Sequence record: MN508624.2
DNA: 64,000 bases
From: Enterobacter phage EC-F2
Reading direction: 5' to 3' (one strand)
The position numbers and the translations under genes are program-made. Shown here in pieces: positions 29,015-37,965 of this stretch. Below the pieces are notes generated by a model. That model made no database searches and was not told the origin of the DNA. It saw nothing but the letters and a program-made list of their open reading frames with translations. How positions within the stretch are numbered: the stretch's first letter is position 1; each line of letters begins with the position of its first letter.

Positions 29015-29517
29015 ATGAAAAATATACGGAACTTGATGAACTTCTCAAGTGCGTAAGTGTAGACATTTGTAGCGGTGTTGTTACGTGGACTAAGCCAACA
29101 AACCGAAAAATTTGTATAGGCCAATCTGCTGGTGTTGTTGATAAAAACGGGTATACTGTTATCGGGTTCAAAGGGAAGAAATTCTTCCGACACCACGTTA
29201 TATGGTATGCGATTCATGGTACACTACCAGAAAAACCGTATGTTATTGATCATGTTCACGGAGTTGAACGTGGCGATGGGGTTTCGAACCTACAAAAGAT
29301 TACACAACAACAAAACATCATGAAGAAAAAGGTTCAGAGAAATAATAAATCTGGACATAAAGGCGTACATTGGTGCAACACATACAACAAATGGGTTGCA
29401 AAAATAAAGTTCAATGGAAAATCAATTTATATCGGAGAGTATGACGATTTGAATGATGCTATCAACGCAAGAATTCGCAAATCTCAAGAACTCTTTGGTG
29501 AGTTTGGAGAAATATAA
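29011..29517 (+). mobile_element. Freestanding HNH endonuclease with a C-terminal AP2 DNA-binding domain (mob/I-Tev-like homing endonuclease)
   Basis: HNH core IDHVHGVERGDGVSNLQKITQQQN, then AP2-like SGHKGVHW...NKWVAKIKFNGKSIYIGEYDDLNDAINARIRK. It is inserted between gene 49 and nrdD. Confidence 0.75.
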
Positions 29518-31640
29518 TGCTTGTAGAAAAACGCGACGGCAAAACCGTTGATTTTGATAAAGAAAAAATTCGCAACGCTGTGTATAAAGCTGGCGGGACT
29601 ATGACGGATGCTGATGCCGCAATCATGCTGGTTCAGTACAATCAGATCCGCGATGGTAGCGCAATGAAGATCGCCCGTATCCAGGAACTCGTTGAAGAAT
29701 CCCTGATGAAAACGAACCCAGCGGTCGCCCGTGCATACATCGAGTATCGCCACGATCGCGATATTGCCCGTGAACAGAAAAGTAAATTGTTCAAAGATAT
29801 CTCCGGCATGGTGAATCTGTCCAACAAAGAGATCACCAACGAGAACGCGAACAAAGACGCAAGGGTATTCCCGACACAGCGCGATTTGCTGGCGGGTATC
29901 GTAGCGAAGCATTTCGCCCGTAATCATATCCTTCCGAAACACATCGTAGAAGCGCATGACTCCGGCGACATCCACTATCACGATCTGGATTATAGCCCGT
30001 TCACCCCTTACACTAACTGCTGTCTGGTTGACCTGAAAGGTATGCTGGAGAACGGTTTCAAAATGGGTAACGCGGACATCGAACCGCCTAAATCAATCGG
30101 TGTTGCTACCGCTCTCATGGCGCAGATCACCGCACAGATTGCTTCTCACCAGTACGGCGGGACAACCTTTGCAAACGTGGATAAGGTACTGGCTCCATAT
30201 GCTCGCATGACGTATGAAAAACACGAAAAAGAAGCAAGGAAATACGGTATTTCTGGCGATCGTACATACGCGATGGAAAAGACCGAAAAAGATGTATTCG
30301 ATGCGTTCCAGTCCTATGAATATGAAGTGAATACCCTGCATACTGCCAACGGACAAACACCATTCGTTACCATCACTTTCGGTACGGGTACGGGCATGTT
30401 TGAACGCATGATCCAGAAAGCAATTCTGAAAAACCGTATTCGCGGCCTGGGTAAAGAGGGTATCACTCCGGTATTCCCTAAACTGGTTATGTTCATGGAA
30501 AAAGGCGTTAACCTTGATCCAGAGGATCGCAACTATGACATCAAAAAACTTGCCCTTGAATGTGCTTCGAAACGCATGTACCCAGATATCATTAGTTCAG
30601 CTAATAACCGCGCTATTACTGGTTCTAGCGTTCCTGTATCTCCTATGGGTTGTCGCAGTTTCCTTAGCGTGTGGCATGATGATAACGGTAATGAAATTCT
30701 GGATGGACGTAATAATCTGGGTGTGGTGACAATCAACCTTCCACGTATTGCGATCGAAGCCGAAGCACAGGAAGAAGAAGACGCGCACGATGCATTTTGG
30801 CGTATCCTTGATGAACGTCTGGAACTGTGCTTTGAAGCCCTGATGACTCGTATCGATAGCCTACGCGGTGTTAAAGCCAGTGTAGCCCCGATCCTGTACA
30901 CAGAAGGTGCTTTTGGTGTCCGACTGAAACCGGATGATGAAATTCTGGAACTGTTCAAAAATGGGCGTAGTTCTATCAGTCTGGGCTATATCGGGCTGCA
31001 TGAAACGCTGTTGATGTTCGGCTCCGGTCAACATCCATTCGATCGCGTTGGCTCTCAAAATGTGGGTAAACTGATTCTGGAATATCTACACGCTGCGACC
31101 GAAGCATGGAAAAAGAAAACTGGATTCGGGTTCAGTCTGTATTCAACCCCAGCGGAATCGCTCTGCCATCGCTTCTGTAAGCTGGACTTTGAGAAGTTCG
31201 GAAGCGTCAAGGGGATCACGGATAAAGGCTGGTACACAAACAGTTTCCACCTTGACGTTGATCGCAAGGTGACACCGTTCGAGAAAATCGACTATGAAGC
31301 CGATTATCATTACATCGCTACTGCTGGTCATATCAGTTATGTTGAATTCCCTGATATGAAAAACAACCTGCAAGCCCTGGAAAAAGTCTGGGATTATGCG
31401 ATGGATAAACTGGACTACTTCGGGACTAACCTTCCGGTCGATAAGTGCTTTGTATGTGGCTCTGATGACGAGTTCACGCCTACAGAAGACGGTTTCCACT
31501 GCAAACACTGCGGTAATCATGATCCGGCTAAAATGAGCGTCACGCGCCGTACATGCGGTTATTTGGGTGCTCCTGCTGTCCGTGGTTTCAACGACGGTAA
31601 GAACAAAGAAATGATGCACCGAACTAAGCATCAAAATTAA
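29517..31640 (+). CDS. nrdD: Anaerobic ribonucleoside-triphosphate reductase (NrdD)
   Basis: 707 aa with an N-terminal ATP-cone (VEKRDGKTVDFDKEKI). The C-terminal glycyl-radical region is RRTCGYLGAP, and a Zn site is CxxC....C.HC. The ORF is uninterrupted (no intron). Confidence 0.9.
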   Translation: MLVEKRDGKTVDFDKEKIRNAVYKAGGTMTDADAAIMLVQYNQIRDGSAMKIARIQELVEESLMKTNPAVARAYIEYRHDRDIAREQKSKLFKDISGMVNLSNKEITNENANKDARVFPTQRDLLAGIVAKHFARNHILPKHIVEAHDSGDIHYHDLDYSPFTPYTNCCLVDLKGMLENGFKMGNADIEPPKSIGVATALMAQITAQIASHQYGGTTFANVDKVLAPYARMTYEKHEKEARKYGISGDRTYAMEKTEKDVFDAFQSYEYEVNTLHTANGQTPFVTITFGTGTGMFERMIQKAILKNRIRGLGKEGITPVFPKLVMFMEKGVNLDPEDRNYDIKKLALECASKRMYPDIISSANNRAITGSSVPVSPMGCRSFLSVWHDDNGNEILDGRNNLGVVTINLPRIAIEAEAQEEEDAHDAFWRILDERLELCFEALMTRIDSLRGVKASVAPILYTEGAFGVRLKPDDEILELFKNGRSSISLGYIGLHETLLMFGSGQHPFDRVGSQNVGKLILEYLHAATEAWKKKTGFGFSLYSTPAESLCHRFCKLDFEKFGSVKGITDKGWYTNSFHLDVDRKVTPFEKIDYEADYHYIATAGHISYVEFPDMKNNLQALEKVWDYAMDKLDYFGTNLPVDKCFVCGSDDEFTPTEDGFHCKHCGNHDPAKMSVTRRTCGYLGAPAVRGFNDGKNKEMMHRTKHQN

Positions 31641-31644
31641 TCAA

Positions 31645-31676
31645 AAAGCCCCTTGCGAAAGTGAGGGGCTTTTGTT
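31645..31676 (+). terminator. Rho-independent terminator after nrdD
   Basis: AGCCCCTTGCGAAAGTGAGGGGCT hairpin followed by TTTT. Confidence 0.7.
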
Positions 31677-31710
31677 ATATTGCACATACCGAAACTATGA
31701 GGTATTGAAA

Positions 31711-32193
31711 ATGATGTACTGGACAAAAGACTATTTTGAATTTCGTGACGAAGAAAGTTTTGGGACTGTGTACCGCAATTTAGCTTTGCGTGGTAGTCCT
31801 CTGTCGCCTAATCAACTATCATCTGTCGTGTTTCCTATCAAGGTAACGCACTGCAACCGGAAAGGTGTTAGTGGGATCGTTGATGCCAATGGCACAACAT
31901 GGTATTCCGAAGATTCATATCTGTTTGATAACGAGGATCGCGGATTCTTTAAAAAGTTTGTCGCGATTAAACCTGCTGTTGAAAAAGCCGACGCGCAACA
32001 ACTGCTGGATTGTTCTCACCTGCTGGGACGAATTTACGTAGATGGTAAGCTGGTGACGAAACCAGGTGATCTGGAAAAATTCTTGCGTAAGGCGCGGGAA
32101 ACTACCCTGAAAGAGACCGAAAAACGTTACGATACTGCAACCGCCAATCTACAGCGTTTGTCTGGTGAACTGAAAGTTCTACGGGGTGAATGA
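31711..32193 (+). CDS. Hypothetical protein (~160 aa)
   Basis: The ATG at 31711 has a GAGGT RBS. The ORF-track start at 31672 lies within the terminator. Confidence 0.4.
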   Translation: MMYWTKDYFEFRDEESFGTVYRNLALRGSPLSPNQLSSVVFPIKVTHCNRKGVSGIVDANGTTWYSEDSYLFDNEDRGFFKKFVAIKPAVEKADAQQLLDCSHLLGRIYVDGKLVTKPGDLEKFLRKARETTLKETEKRYDTATANLQRLSGELKVLRGE

Positions 32194-32432
32194 TGTTTCC
32201 ATTAAAGGCGCGGGTACGCAACAAAACCGGAACACAAGAATGGATGGAGTGTTTACGCGAAACTAAACACTACTACATTTCACAGGCTGTAGGCTATGAC
32301 GGAAAGAACATCCGTTATAACAAAGTAGGTGGTAAGCGTGTGGGGATGGAACAATATCTCCAATTAGAAACCGTCCGGCCTGTGAATGTTCCTTTCGATC
32401 TGAAACTACCAAACGGAAAGCCAACGATATGA
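32190..32432 (+). CDS. Hypothetical protein (80 aa)
   Basis: ATGA overlap with the upstream stop. Confidence 0.35.
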   Translation: MMFPLKARVRNKTGTQEWMECLRETKHYYISQAVGYDGKNIRYNKVGGKRVGMEQYLQLETVRPVNVPFDLKLPNGKPTI

Positions 32433-32929
32433 TCGGGAAAATCCTTGATACTCTGTTCCCCTCCCGTGTACGTGCGCGGGTAGAACGGGAAAACCGACTC
32501 GAAGAAATCCGGTTCAATAAGTTCCTTGAGGACAAGAAGAAGCGCGAAGACGAGAAACACCCAAACGCGGTAATGGCTGAGGGTGTATCGAAATGCTCTG
32601 TTGGGCGGTTCTGGGTTGAAAAGGATTATCTTGATCTGATAGGTGCAATTGCCCCTGGTGTTACGCTGGAGGACTTCTCCCGCGCTACTGGTCGTTCGTA
32701 TACTGGTTGTATCAACCGCTTGCGTATGCTCTCTATAGTGGTGCGTAGTGCTCATTTCGGCTATCGTGACGTTATCCGTCCGGTGATCCCAGTAAGCAGA
32801 TTAAAATTTTACATGGTGGGTGGAAAAAGACTTGACTTGACCAACGAACTATGTAAAATCGGTTATATCAGAGAGGGGAAAGTTGTTAAAGCCCCTGAAT
32901 GGTTCACCAATCAATTTGAAATAAAATAA
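32429..32929 (+). CDS. Hypothetical protein (166 aa)
   Basis: ATGA overlap with the upstream stop. Confidence 0.4.
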   Translation: MIGKILDTLFPSRVRARVERENRLEEIRFNKFLEDKKKREDEKHPNAVMAEGVSKCSVGRFWVEKDYLDLIGAIAPGVTLEDFSRATGRSYTGCINRLRMLSIVVRSAHFGYRDVIRPVIPVSRLKFYMVGGKRLDLTNELCKIGYIREGKVVKAPEWFTNQFEIK

Positions 32930-32938
32930 GGTAAAATT

Positions 32939-33535
32939 ATGTTCAAGAAAATCGTAGCATTTGTGACTGGTAAAGTTGAAACTGCAATTGAACAAAACAC
33001 TTCCCCAGAAGAAGCCTGGCGCAGTGCTGCACGTATCCTGATCAAAGAGATCGACCGTCTGCAACATACTCGCGTTTCTGCTGTTCAGGAAATCGTGAAG
33101 TTGAAAAAGAAAGTCAAAGAACACAAAGACCTTCACACTGGCAAAGAGTCGGAGATCAAAAAACTGCTGGCAGCGGGGCAGGAAGTGTCCAACAGTCATT
33201 ACGTGCTGGCGCTGCAACACCGTAACATCTGGCAGGGCTTGCAGACGAAGATCGAAGAACTGGAAGGGATGAACAAAGAGATCGATCTCTCTGTCGTCGA
33301 ACTGGATCGCAAACTGGCTGATGTCAAAATCAACCTGGAGATCATCGAACTGAACAAGCAAACCGAAAGTCTGGGTCTGACTGTACCGGAAGACGTGATC
33401 GCCGCTGTAGGCCACACCTCCGTAAGCGTCGATACCATCGTGACGAAGATTGATGTGTTGCTGGGTGGCAAAAATGCCGCTTCTGTAACCTCCGCTGACG
33501 TTAGCGCTTACATCGACTCCCTGAACGCGAAATAA
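32939..33535 (+). CDS. Coiled-coil protein, possibly PspA/IM30-like
   Basis: 198 aa with long heptad-like helical segments. The resemblance to PspA is only architectural. Followed by a strong terminator. Confidence 0.3.
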   Translation: MFKKIVAFVTGKVETAIEQNTSPEEAWRSAARILIKEIDRLQHTRVSAVQEIVKLKKKVKEHKDLHTGKESEIKKLLAAGQEVSNSHYVLALQHRNIWQGLQTKIEELEGMNKEIDLSVVELDRKLADVKINLEIIELNKQTESLGLTVPEDVIAAVGHTSVSVDTIVTKIDVLLGGKNAASVTSADVSAYIDSLNAK

Positions 33536-33540
33536 GAGGA

Positions 33541-33562
33541 AGGGGCGAAAGCCCCTTTTTTG
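33541..33562 (+). terminator. Rho-independent terminator
   Basis: AGGGGCGAAAGCCCCT followed by TTTTTT. Confidence 0.75.
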
Positions 33563-33564
33563 CT

Positions 33565-34512
33565 ATGTACGATTACACTATTGAACGTGATCGCGGTGAA
33601 GAATGGTTGATTTCTCGTGCGAGAAACTTCTATGTTAAACTTCCTAAAAACTTTCATACTTTACCGAATGATGATACTGATCGCTTATTGAGGATTCTTG
33701 TGGATGGGAATGTTCCACAGCGCGTTTTTCAGGAAATGGTTGATCATGCGTGTTCTGAATGGGATAAAAAGTATTGCGAAGAACTGACGCATGATAGTAT
33801 AGTAAACAGCAACCTAAAAGACGCTTACGAACGAAGAAGTGTGTACGACATTTACGAAAAAGAGAGGAAAGAAATGATGTTCGAAGACGGCGGTAGTGCA
33901 TTCAAACCAGCACGTAAAACGTATCCAGACTGGCGCAAACAGTACGCAGAACAGTTATGGCACATTGACATTCCCGAAGCGCTCATGAAAGCGATTAGCC
34001 CTGCTGTTGACTACTATTCAGGCTGGAAAGATGAATATGAGTTAGAAGTCGGTTCGTTTAAGGCACACGTCATCAAAGCGACCAGAATTCTTGATTTCGT
34101 TGAAGCTGTTGCGTCATGTGATATCGTTGAAGATATTCGTATTCCGTCAATCAACGTTTCTCGGTATAGTTCTCCGGGTAACATTCGCGGGGATCGTTAT
34201 GCGAACCTGGCAAGCACTACGGATAAGCTGAACTTCCATAAAATCAATGAAAAAGGATTTGATGGTTGTGTTCTGATTTCAATGGTAGTCGCAACAACAC
34301 AAGGCGAATACAAGCTGATCATTGATTGTGACAAAGCGGCTCGTGCAATTCCCACAATCAAACAATGCTTTGGTGAAGATTTCAAAGTATTGATGAAAGC
34401 CCGTGCGATGGAAAAGTTCATCCATTCGTGCAAAAAGAACGTGCTGGAGAAGTATGATCCGGCGCTCACATACACCAAAATTGATAAAGATCTGGTAGGT
34501 GATTTATGCTGA
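33565..34512 (+). CDS. Hypothetical protein (315 aa)
   Basis: Long ORF. No recognisable family. Confidence 0.45.
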   Translation: MYDYTIERDRGEEWLISRARNFYVKLPKNFHTLPNDDTDRLLRILVDGNVPQRVFQEMVDHACSEWDKKYCEELTHDSIVNSNLKDAYERRSVYDIYEKERKEMMFEDGGSAFKPARKTYPDWRKQYAEQLWHIDIPEALMKAISPAVDYYSGWKDEYELEVGSFKAHVIKATRILDFVEAVASCDIVEDIRIPSINVSRYSSPGNIRGDRYANLASTTDKLNFHKINEKGFDGCVLISMVVATTQGEYKLIIDCDKAARAIPTIKQCFGEDFKVLMKARAMEKFIHSCKKNVLEKYDPALTYTKIDKDLVGDLC

Positions 34513-34790
34513 TTAACAAAGCGCAGTGCAAAGCGATTAACTTTCTGCTGCACGAACTGATTGAAAACGGTATCAGATTTGAATTCGTTGATCCGATTAA
34601 CGGTGATGATCGTCATCTGCTCCGCTGGGTGTCTGGTAGCAATCCGCTGGATTCAGTCTCCCAGGTTGTAGAGTCTGCGCATAACAATATGCCTTGTCGT
34701 GTTCTGTTGGGTAGCGTTAACGCCTCAACATGGAATGGATCTGATGCTTATTATGTCGGATTCAAAAAAGAGTTGACGGAAGACGAATGA
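34506..34790 (+). CDS. Hypothetical protein (94 aa)
   Basis: Start overlaps the previous stop. Confidence 0.35.
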   Translation: MLINKAQCKAINFLLHELIENGIRFEFVDPINGDDRHLLRWVSGSNPLDSVSQVVESAHNNMPCRVLLGSVNASTWNGSDAYYVGFKKELTEDE

Positions 34791-34835
34791 TGTTATAATA
34801 TGCCCCTGTAGACAACAAACTATAGGGGCTAAATC

Positions 34836-35030
34836 ATGAAAATCAAAAATACTGCTACTGAAAATCTTTGCAACGAAATCGCGGTGACTTACTGGAAAGA
34901 AGGTCACGTAAAAGCAATGAAGGATTTTCAACAGTGGTGTGATACCCAGAAGTTAGCCAACTGGGAATACGCCGTAATCGTGGAACGGATCAAAGAACTG
35001 ATCCTTGAGAAGAAAGGCACTATAAAATGA
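34836..35030 (+). CDS. Hypothetical protein (64 aa)
   Basis: Preceded by a TGTTATAAT extended -10 and a CCCCTGTAG/CTATAGGGG stem-loop at 34786-34830. Confidence 0.35.
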   Translation: MKIKNTATENLCNEIAVTYWKEGHVKAMKDFQQWCDTQKLANWEYAVIVERIKELILEKKGTIK

Positions 35031-35088
35031 TTCAACTGAAATTAGACACCCAAGCGCTGAACAACCTGTTCCCAGAGGCGAAAGGCTG

Positions 35089-35580
35089 ATGAACTTTGAC
35101 CGCATCTATAACATGGATGTGGTTAACGGTAAAGGAATCCGTGTAGTGTTGTTCGTGACTGGCTGCAATCATAAATGCGAAGGTTGCTACAACAAATCAA
35201 CATGGAATCCCCGCAACGGTACACCATACACCGAAGAGACTGAAAACGAGTTGATTAAACTCCTTTCAAATCCCCATGTGGACGGGTTGACGCTTACAGG
35301 CGGCGATCCGTTTTACCGCACCAATCATCCAACGCTCTTAAAACTGCTCCAGCGCGTCCGTGCGACGTTCCCTGATAAAGATGTGTGGGTTTGGACGGGT
35401 TACACCCTCGAAGCCTTACAGAGCGATACAGAACGTTCTAAGCTATTACCATTCATTGATGTTCTAATCGATGGACGGTACGAAAAGGATCTACCGACTA
35501 AGAAACCGTTTCGCGGTTCGGATAATCAGCGAATGATTGAGTTCAAAAAGAATTCGATAGAAATTAAAAATATCGCTTGA
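35089..35580 (+). CDS. nrdG: Anaerobic RNR activating enzyme (NrdG), radical SAM
   Basis: 163 aa with the radical-SAM motif CNHKCEGC. Size matches T4 NrdG. Confidence 0.85.
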   Translation: MNFDRIYNMDVVNGKGIRVVLFVTGCNHKCEGCYNKSTWNPRNGTPYTEETENELIKLLSNPHVDGLTLTGGDPFYRTNHPTLLKLLQRVRATFPDKDVWVWTGYTLEALQSDTERSKLLPFIDVLIDGRYEKDLPTKKPFRGSDNQRMIEFKKNSIEIKNIA

Positions 35581-35645
35581 CCTGGTTTGTGGTTCTGTTA
35601 AGATATCCACGTAGCATAAATTTAACCCAATTGAGAGATAATATA

Positions 35646-36605
35646 ATGATCCTGAATTTCAAAACCCGTAAAGAAGCCCGTGACTATTGCTGGAAGTGGT
35701 CAATTCCGCTGAAAAATATCAACAAACAATCCGCTGGTTCACATCCGTGGACGGTGAGAACAAAAGAAACCCGCTTCGTAAGCGGTAAAGATTATAAACT
35801 GATTGATGTCGAAGGTTTCACCGATAACGACAAAAACGTTGCTAACCGCATCCAGGCACAACAGATCAACAAATTCATGAACGGTGTTGTAAACATCACA
35901 ATGCGTGATGGTGATCGTTACACCTTCAATGCTCCGGCAGGTGTCGCTATGAACACCCTTCGTGCGTGGGAAGCGAAATACTTCACAGAAGTTGTTCCTG
36001 GTAAAGAGCCAGCGCCAAAACGCGCTAAAAAGCCAAAACCAGTAGGCAAACCGTCTGCGGTTCCTGCACCAGCGAAACCAGATCTGGATTCAGAACTTGA
36101 CGGTGGCGTTAACCTCGCTCCGGCAGTAACCGAACCTCCTGTTGCTAAACCTGCTGCACCACAGCCAGCAACCGTAGAAGCGATGCCTGGTTGTTTTGTT
36201 GCCGACCGTCCGTATGTTCTGGTAGATGAAGCTGGTTTCCTGCGCTCTCATACCGCAAACAAACGCATTGTACAGCACATCAAAAACAACAATGGTGTTC
36301 TGGTGTTTTCGAATGTTGACGGTGACGGTGACGCGACTATCACGCAAGAACGTACTCTCCCGTATATCATGCATCGTGAGCGTAAATTCTTCCGTGAACT
36401 GGGTACTGGTAAAGCTCCAGCAAACACTCCAGCGGTTCAGACCGTTGATATTGCCAAACAGCAACGCGACAAAGAGATCATCGAAGCTGCACAGGCGGTA
36501 GAAGACGCACTGGCAGAACACCAGAAAGCGATCGAAGTTGTTGCGCAGAAAGCTCGCGCAGTTCGTGAAGCCGCCGCAAAACTTGCATTGCTGGCAAGTA
36601 AGTAA
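35646..36605 (+). CDS. Hypothetical protein with a central Pro/Ala/Lys-rich linker and an Ala-rich helical C-terminus
   Basis: About 319 aa. The linker is PAPKRAKKPKPVGKPSAVPAPAKP...PAVTEPPVAKPAAPQPA. The ATG at 35646 has a GAGAGA RBS. Confidence 0.45.
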   Translation: MILNFKTRKEARDYCWKWSIPLKNINKQSAGSHPWTVRTKETRFVSGKDYKLIDVEGFTDNDKNVANRIQAQQINKFMNGVVNITMRDGDRYTFNAPAGVAMNTLRAWEAKYFTEVVPGKEPAPKRAKKPKPVGKPSAVPAPAKPDLDSELDGGVNLAPAVTEPPVAKPAAPQPATVEAMPGCFVADRPYVLVDEAGFLRSHTANKRIVQHIKNNNGVLVFSNVDGDGDATITQERTLPYIMHRERKFFRELGTGKAPANTPAVQTVDIAKQQRDKEIIEAAQAVEDALAEHQKAIEVVAQKARAVREAAAKLALLASK

Positions 36606-36613
36606 TATAATTC

Positions 36614-36641
36614 GGGGGTGCTTACGGCATCCCCTTTTTTA
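36614..36641 (+). terminator. Rho-independent terminator
   Basis: GGGGGTGCTTACGGCATCCCC followed by TTTTTTA. Confidence 0.75.
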
Positions 36642-36653
36642 TTTGAGGTAATC

Positions 36654-37388
36654 ATGGAATTATTCGCTGGAAAAACTTACGGTTTAACCGTATCCCCTGA
36701 AATCTTTGCAGAGAAAACCTGGAAAACAGGTATCGCAAACATCATTCGTGAAAAAGGTTACGTGACGATTGATCGCACCTCGATCGGTGAGTTCGAAGAC
36801 CGCGCGTTTATCATGGACGGTGGTTACGAATATGAACTCCCTGCATCACTATGGAAATGGTTCAAGGAAGTAACGCCGGAAAATGGTGAATTCACCTCAG
36901 AAGAACCAGAAGAAGTTAATCTGGGTAAAGGTGTAGAGGCTGAAAACGTTATGCATATCGCTACGCCGGAAGAGGTTTCCGCTGGTGTCACTGGTTCGGA
37001 TCTGTGCCTGATGGATATCCCTAAATTCACGTATCGCCCTGTACAGGAAAATCCTTTGCGTGATCTCCGCATCGATCCATCATTCGGGGCTAACCTGGAA
37101 ACGTTGAGCATCGCACCGATGCCAGTACGTAAATCCGATGCAATGCTTCGTTTCGCCTTGCAACATGTTTTCAGTGGTGGTAGCATCTATCAAATCAACA
37201 TGGAATCTGAACTGAAAATGCAGGAAGACCAGATTGCAAACCTGTTCGATCTGCACACTCAGTTAACCGCTGTTGAAAATATCGAAAAACTGTTAGGCAA
37301 AGAGAAAAAGCGTATTTTGCAGGATCTCAAACCATACGGGAAGAAGAATGAAAGTCGAAATATACGGAATCCCCGAAAGTCTTCATAA
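36654..37388 (+). CDS. Hypothetical protein (~244 aa)
   Basis: ATG with a GAGGT RBS. No family recognised. Confidence 0.45.
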   Translation: MELFAGKTYGLTVSPEIFAEKTWKTGIANIIREKGYVTIDRTSIGEFEDRAFIMDGGYEYELPASLWKWFKEVTPENGEFTSEEPEEVNLGKGVEAENVMHIATPEEVSAGVTGSDLCLMDIPKFTYRPVQENPLRDLRIDPSFGANLETLSIAPMPVRKSDAMLRFALQHVFSGGSIYQINMESELKMQEDQIANLFDLHTQLTAVENIEKLLGKEKKRILQDLKPYGKKNESRNIRNPRKSS

Positions 37389-37626
37389 CTGTTACGGGTG
37401 TATACAAGCACAAAAGCTGTTGACAGAAAAAGGGATAGAATATACATTTTATCCCGTTCTGAAAGAAGCGAAAAACGATCTGGGCTTTGAATACGATCGC
37501 CCACGTATCGAAGAGTTAGCAAAACGGGTAAGGCAACGTAGTTTAGCGTTTCAATACCCGCGTATTTTTGTCGATAACAAACTTATCGGCGGTTATCTGC
37601 AATTGAAACAACTTATTGGTGATTAA
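37348..37626 (+). CDS. nrdH: Glutaredoxin-like protein (NrdH-like)
   Basis: 92 aa. MKVEIYG...CYGC redox motif, then ...PRIFVDNKLIGGY (glutaredoxin fold signature). Confidence 0.6.
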   Translation: MKVEIYGIPESLHNCYGCIQAQKLLTEKGIEYTFYPVLKEAKNDLGFEYDRPRIEELAKRVRQRSLAFQYPRIFVDNKLIGGYLQLKQLIGD

Positions 37627-37965
37627 ATGAGCCGTGAAATTTTACTCCCTGCTGCAAATGCTGTTCATGCTGAAACAATGGAATACATGGAGAAATTCGT
37701 TGAACGCGATAACACCGCGATCATCACTCCTACTCACCTGGACGCGCTCGAAGATCGTCTTCATAAGCAGATTAAAGATCAATTCCCTGAAAAGGTTAGC
37801 CGCAACTTCATTCGTCAGGAAATCGTTGCAATGATGCTGAAACATTACGGCGTTGAAATCTTCGGTGTCGAACCACTGAAACCGAAGAAAGCACGTCAAA
37901 TGCCTAAACAGATCACCGACGAAGCAATCAAGAAATACCAGAAGAAATACGCTAAGAATAAATGA
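37627..37965 (+). CDS. Hypothetical protein (112 aa)
   Basis: Its start abuts the previous stop. Basic C-terminus. Confidence 0.4.
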   Translation: MSREILLPAANAVHAETMEYMEKFVERDNTAIITPTHLDALEDRLHKQIKDQFPEKVSRNFIRQEIVAMMLKHYGVEIFGVEPLKPKKARQMPKQITDEAIKKYQKKYAKNK

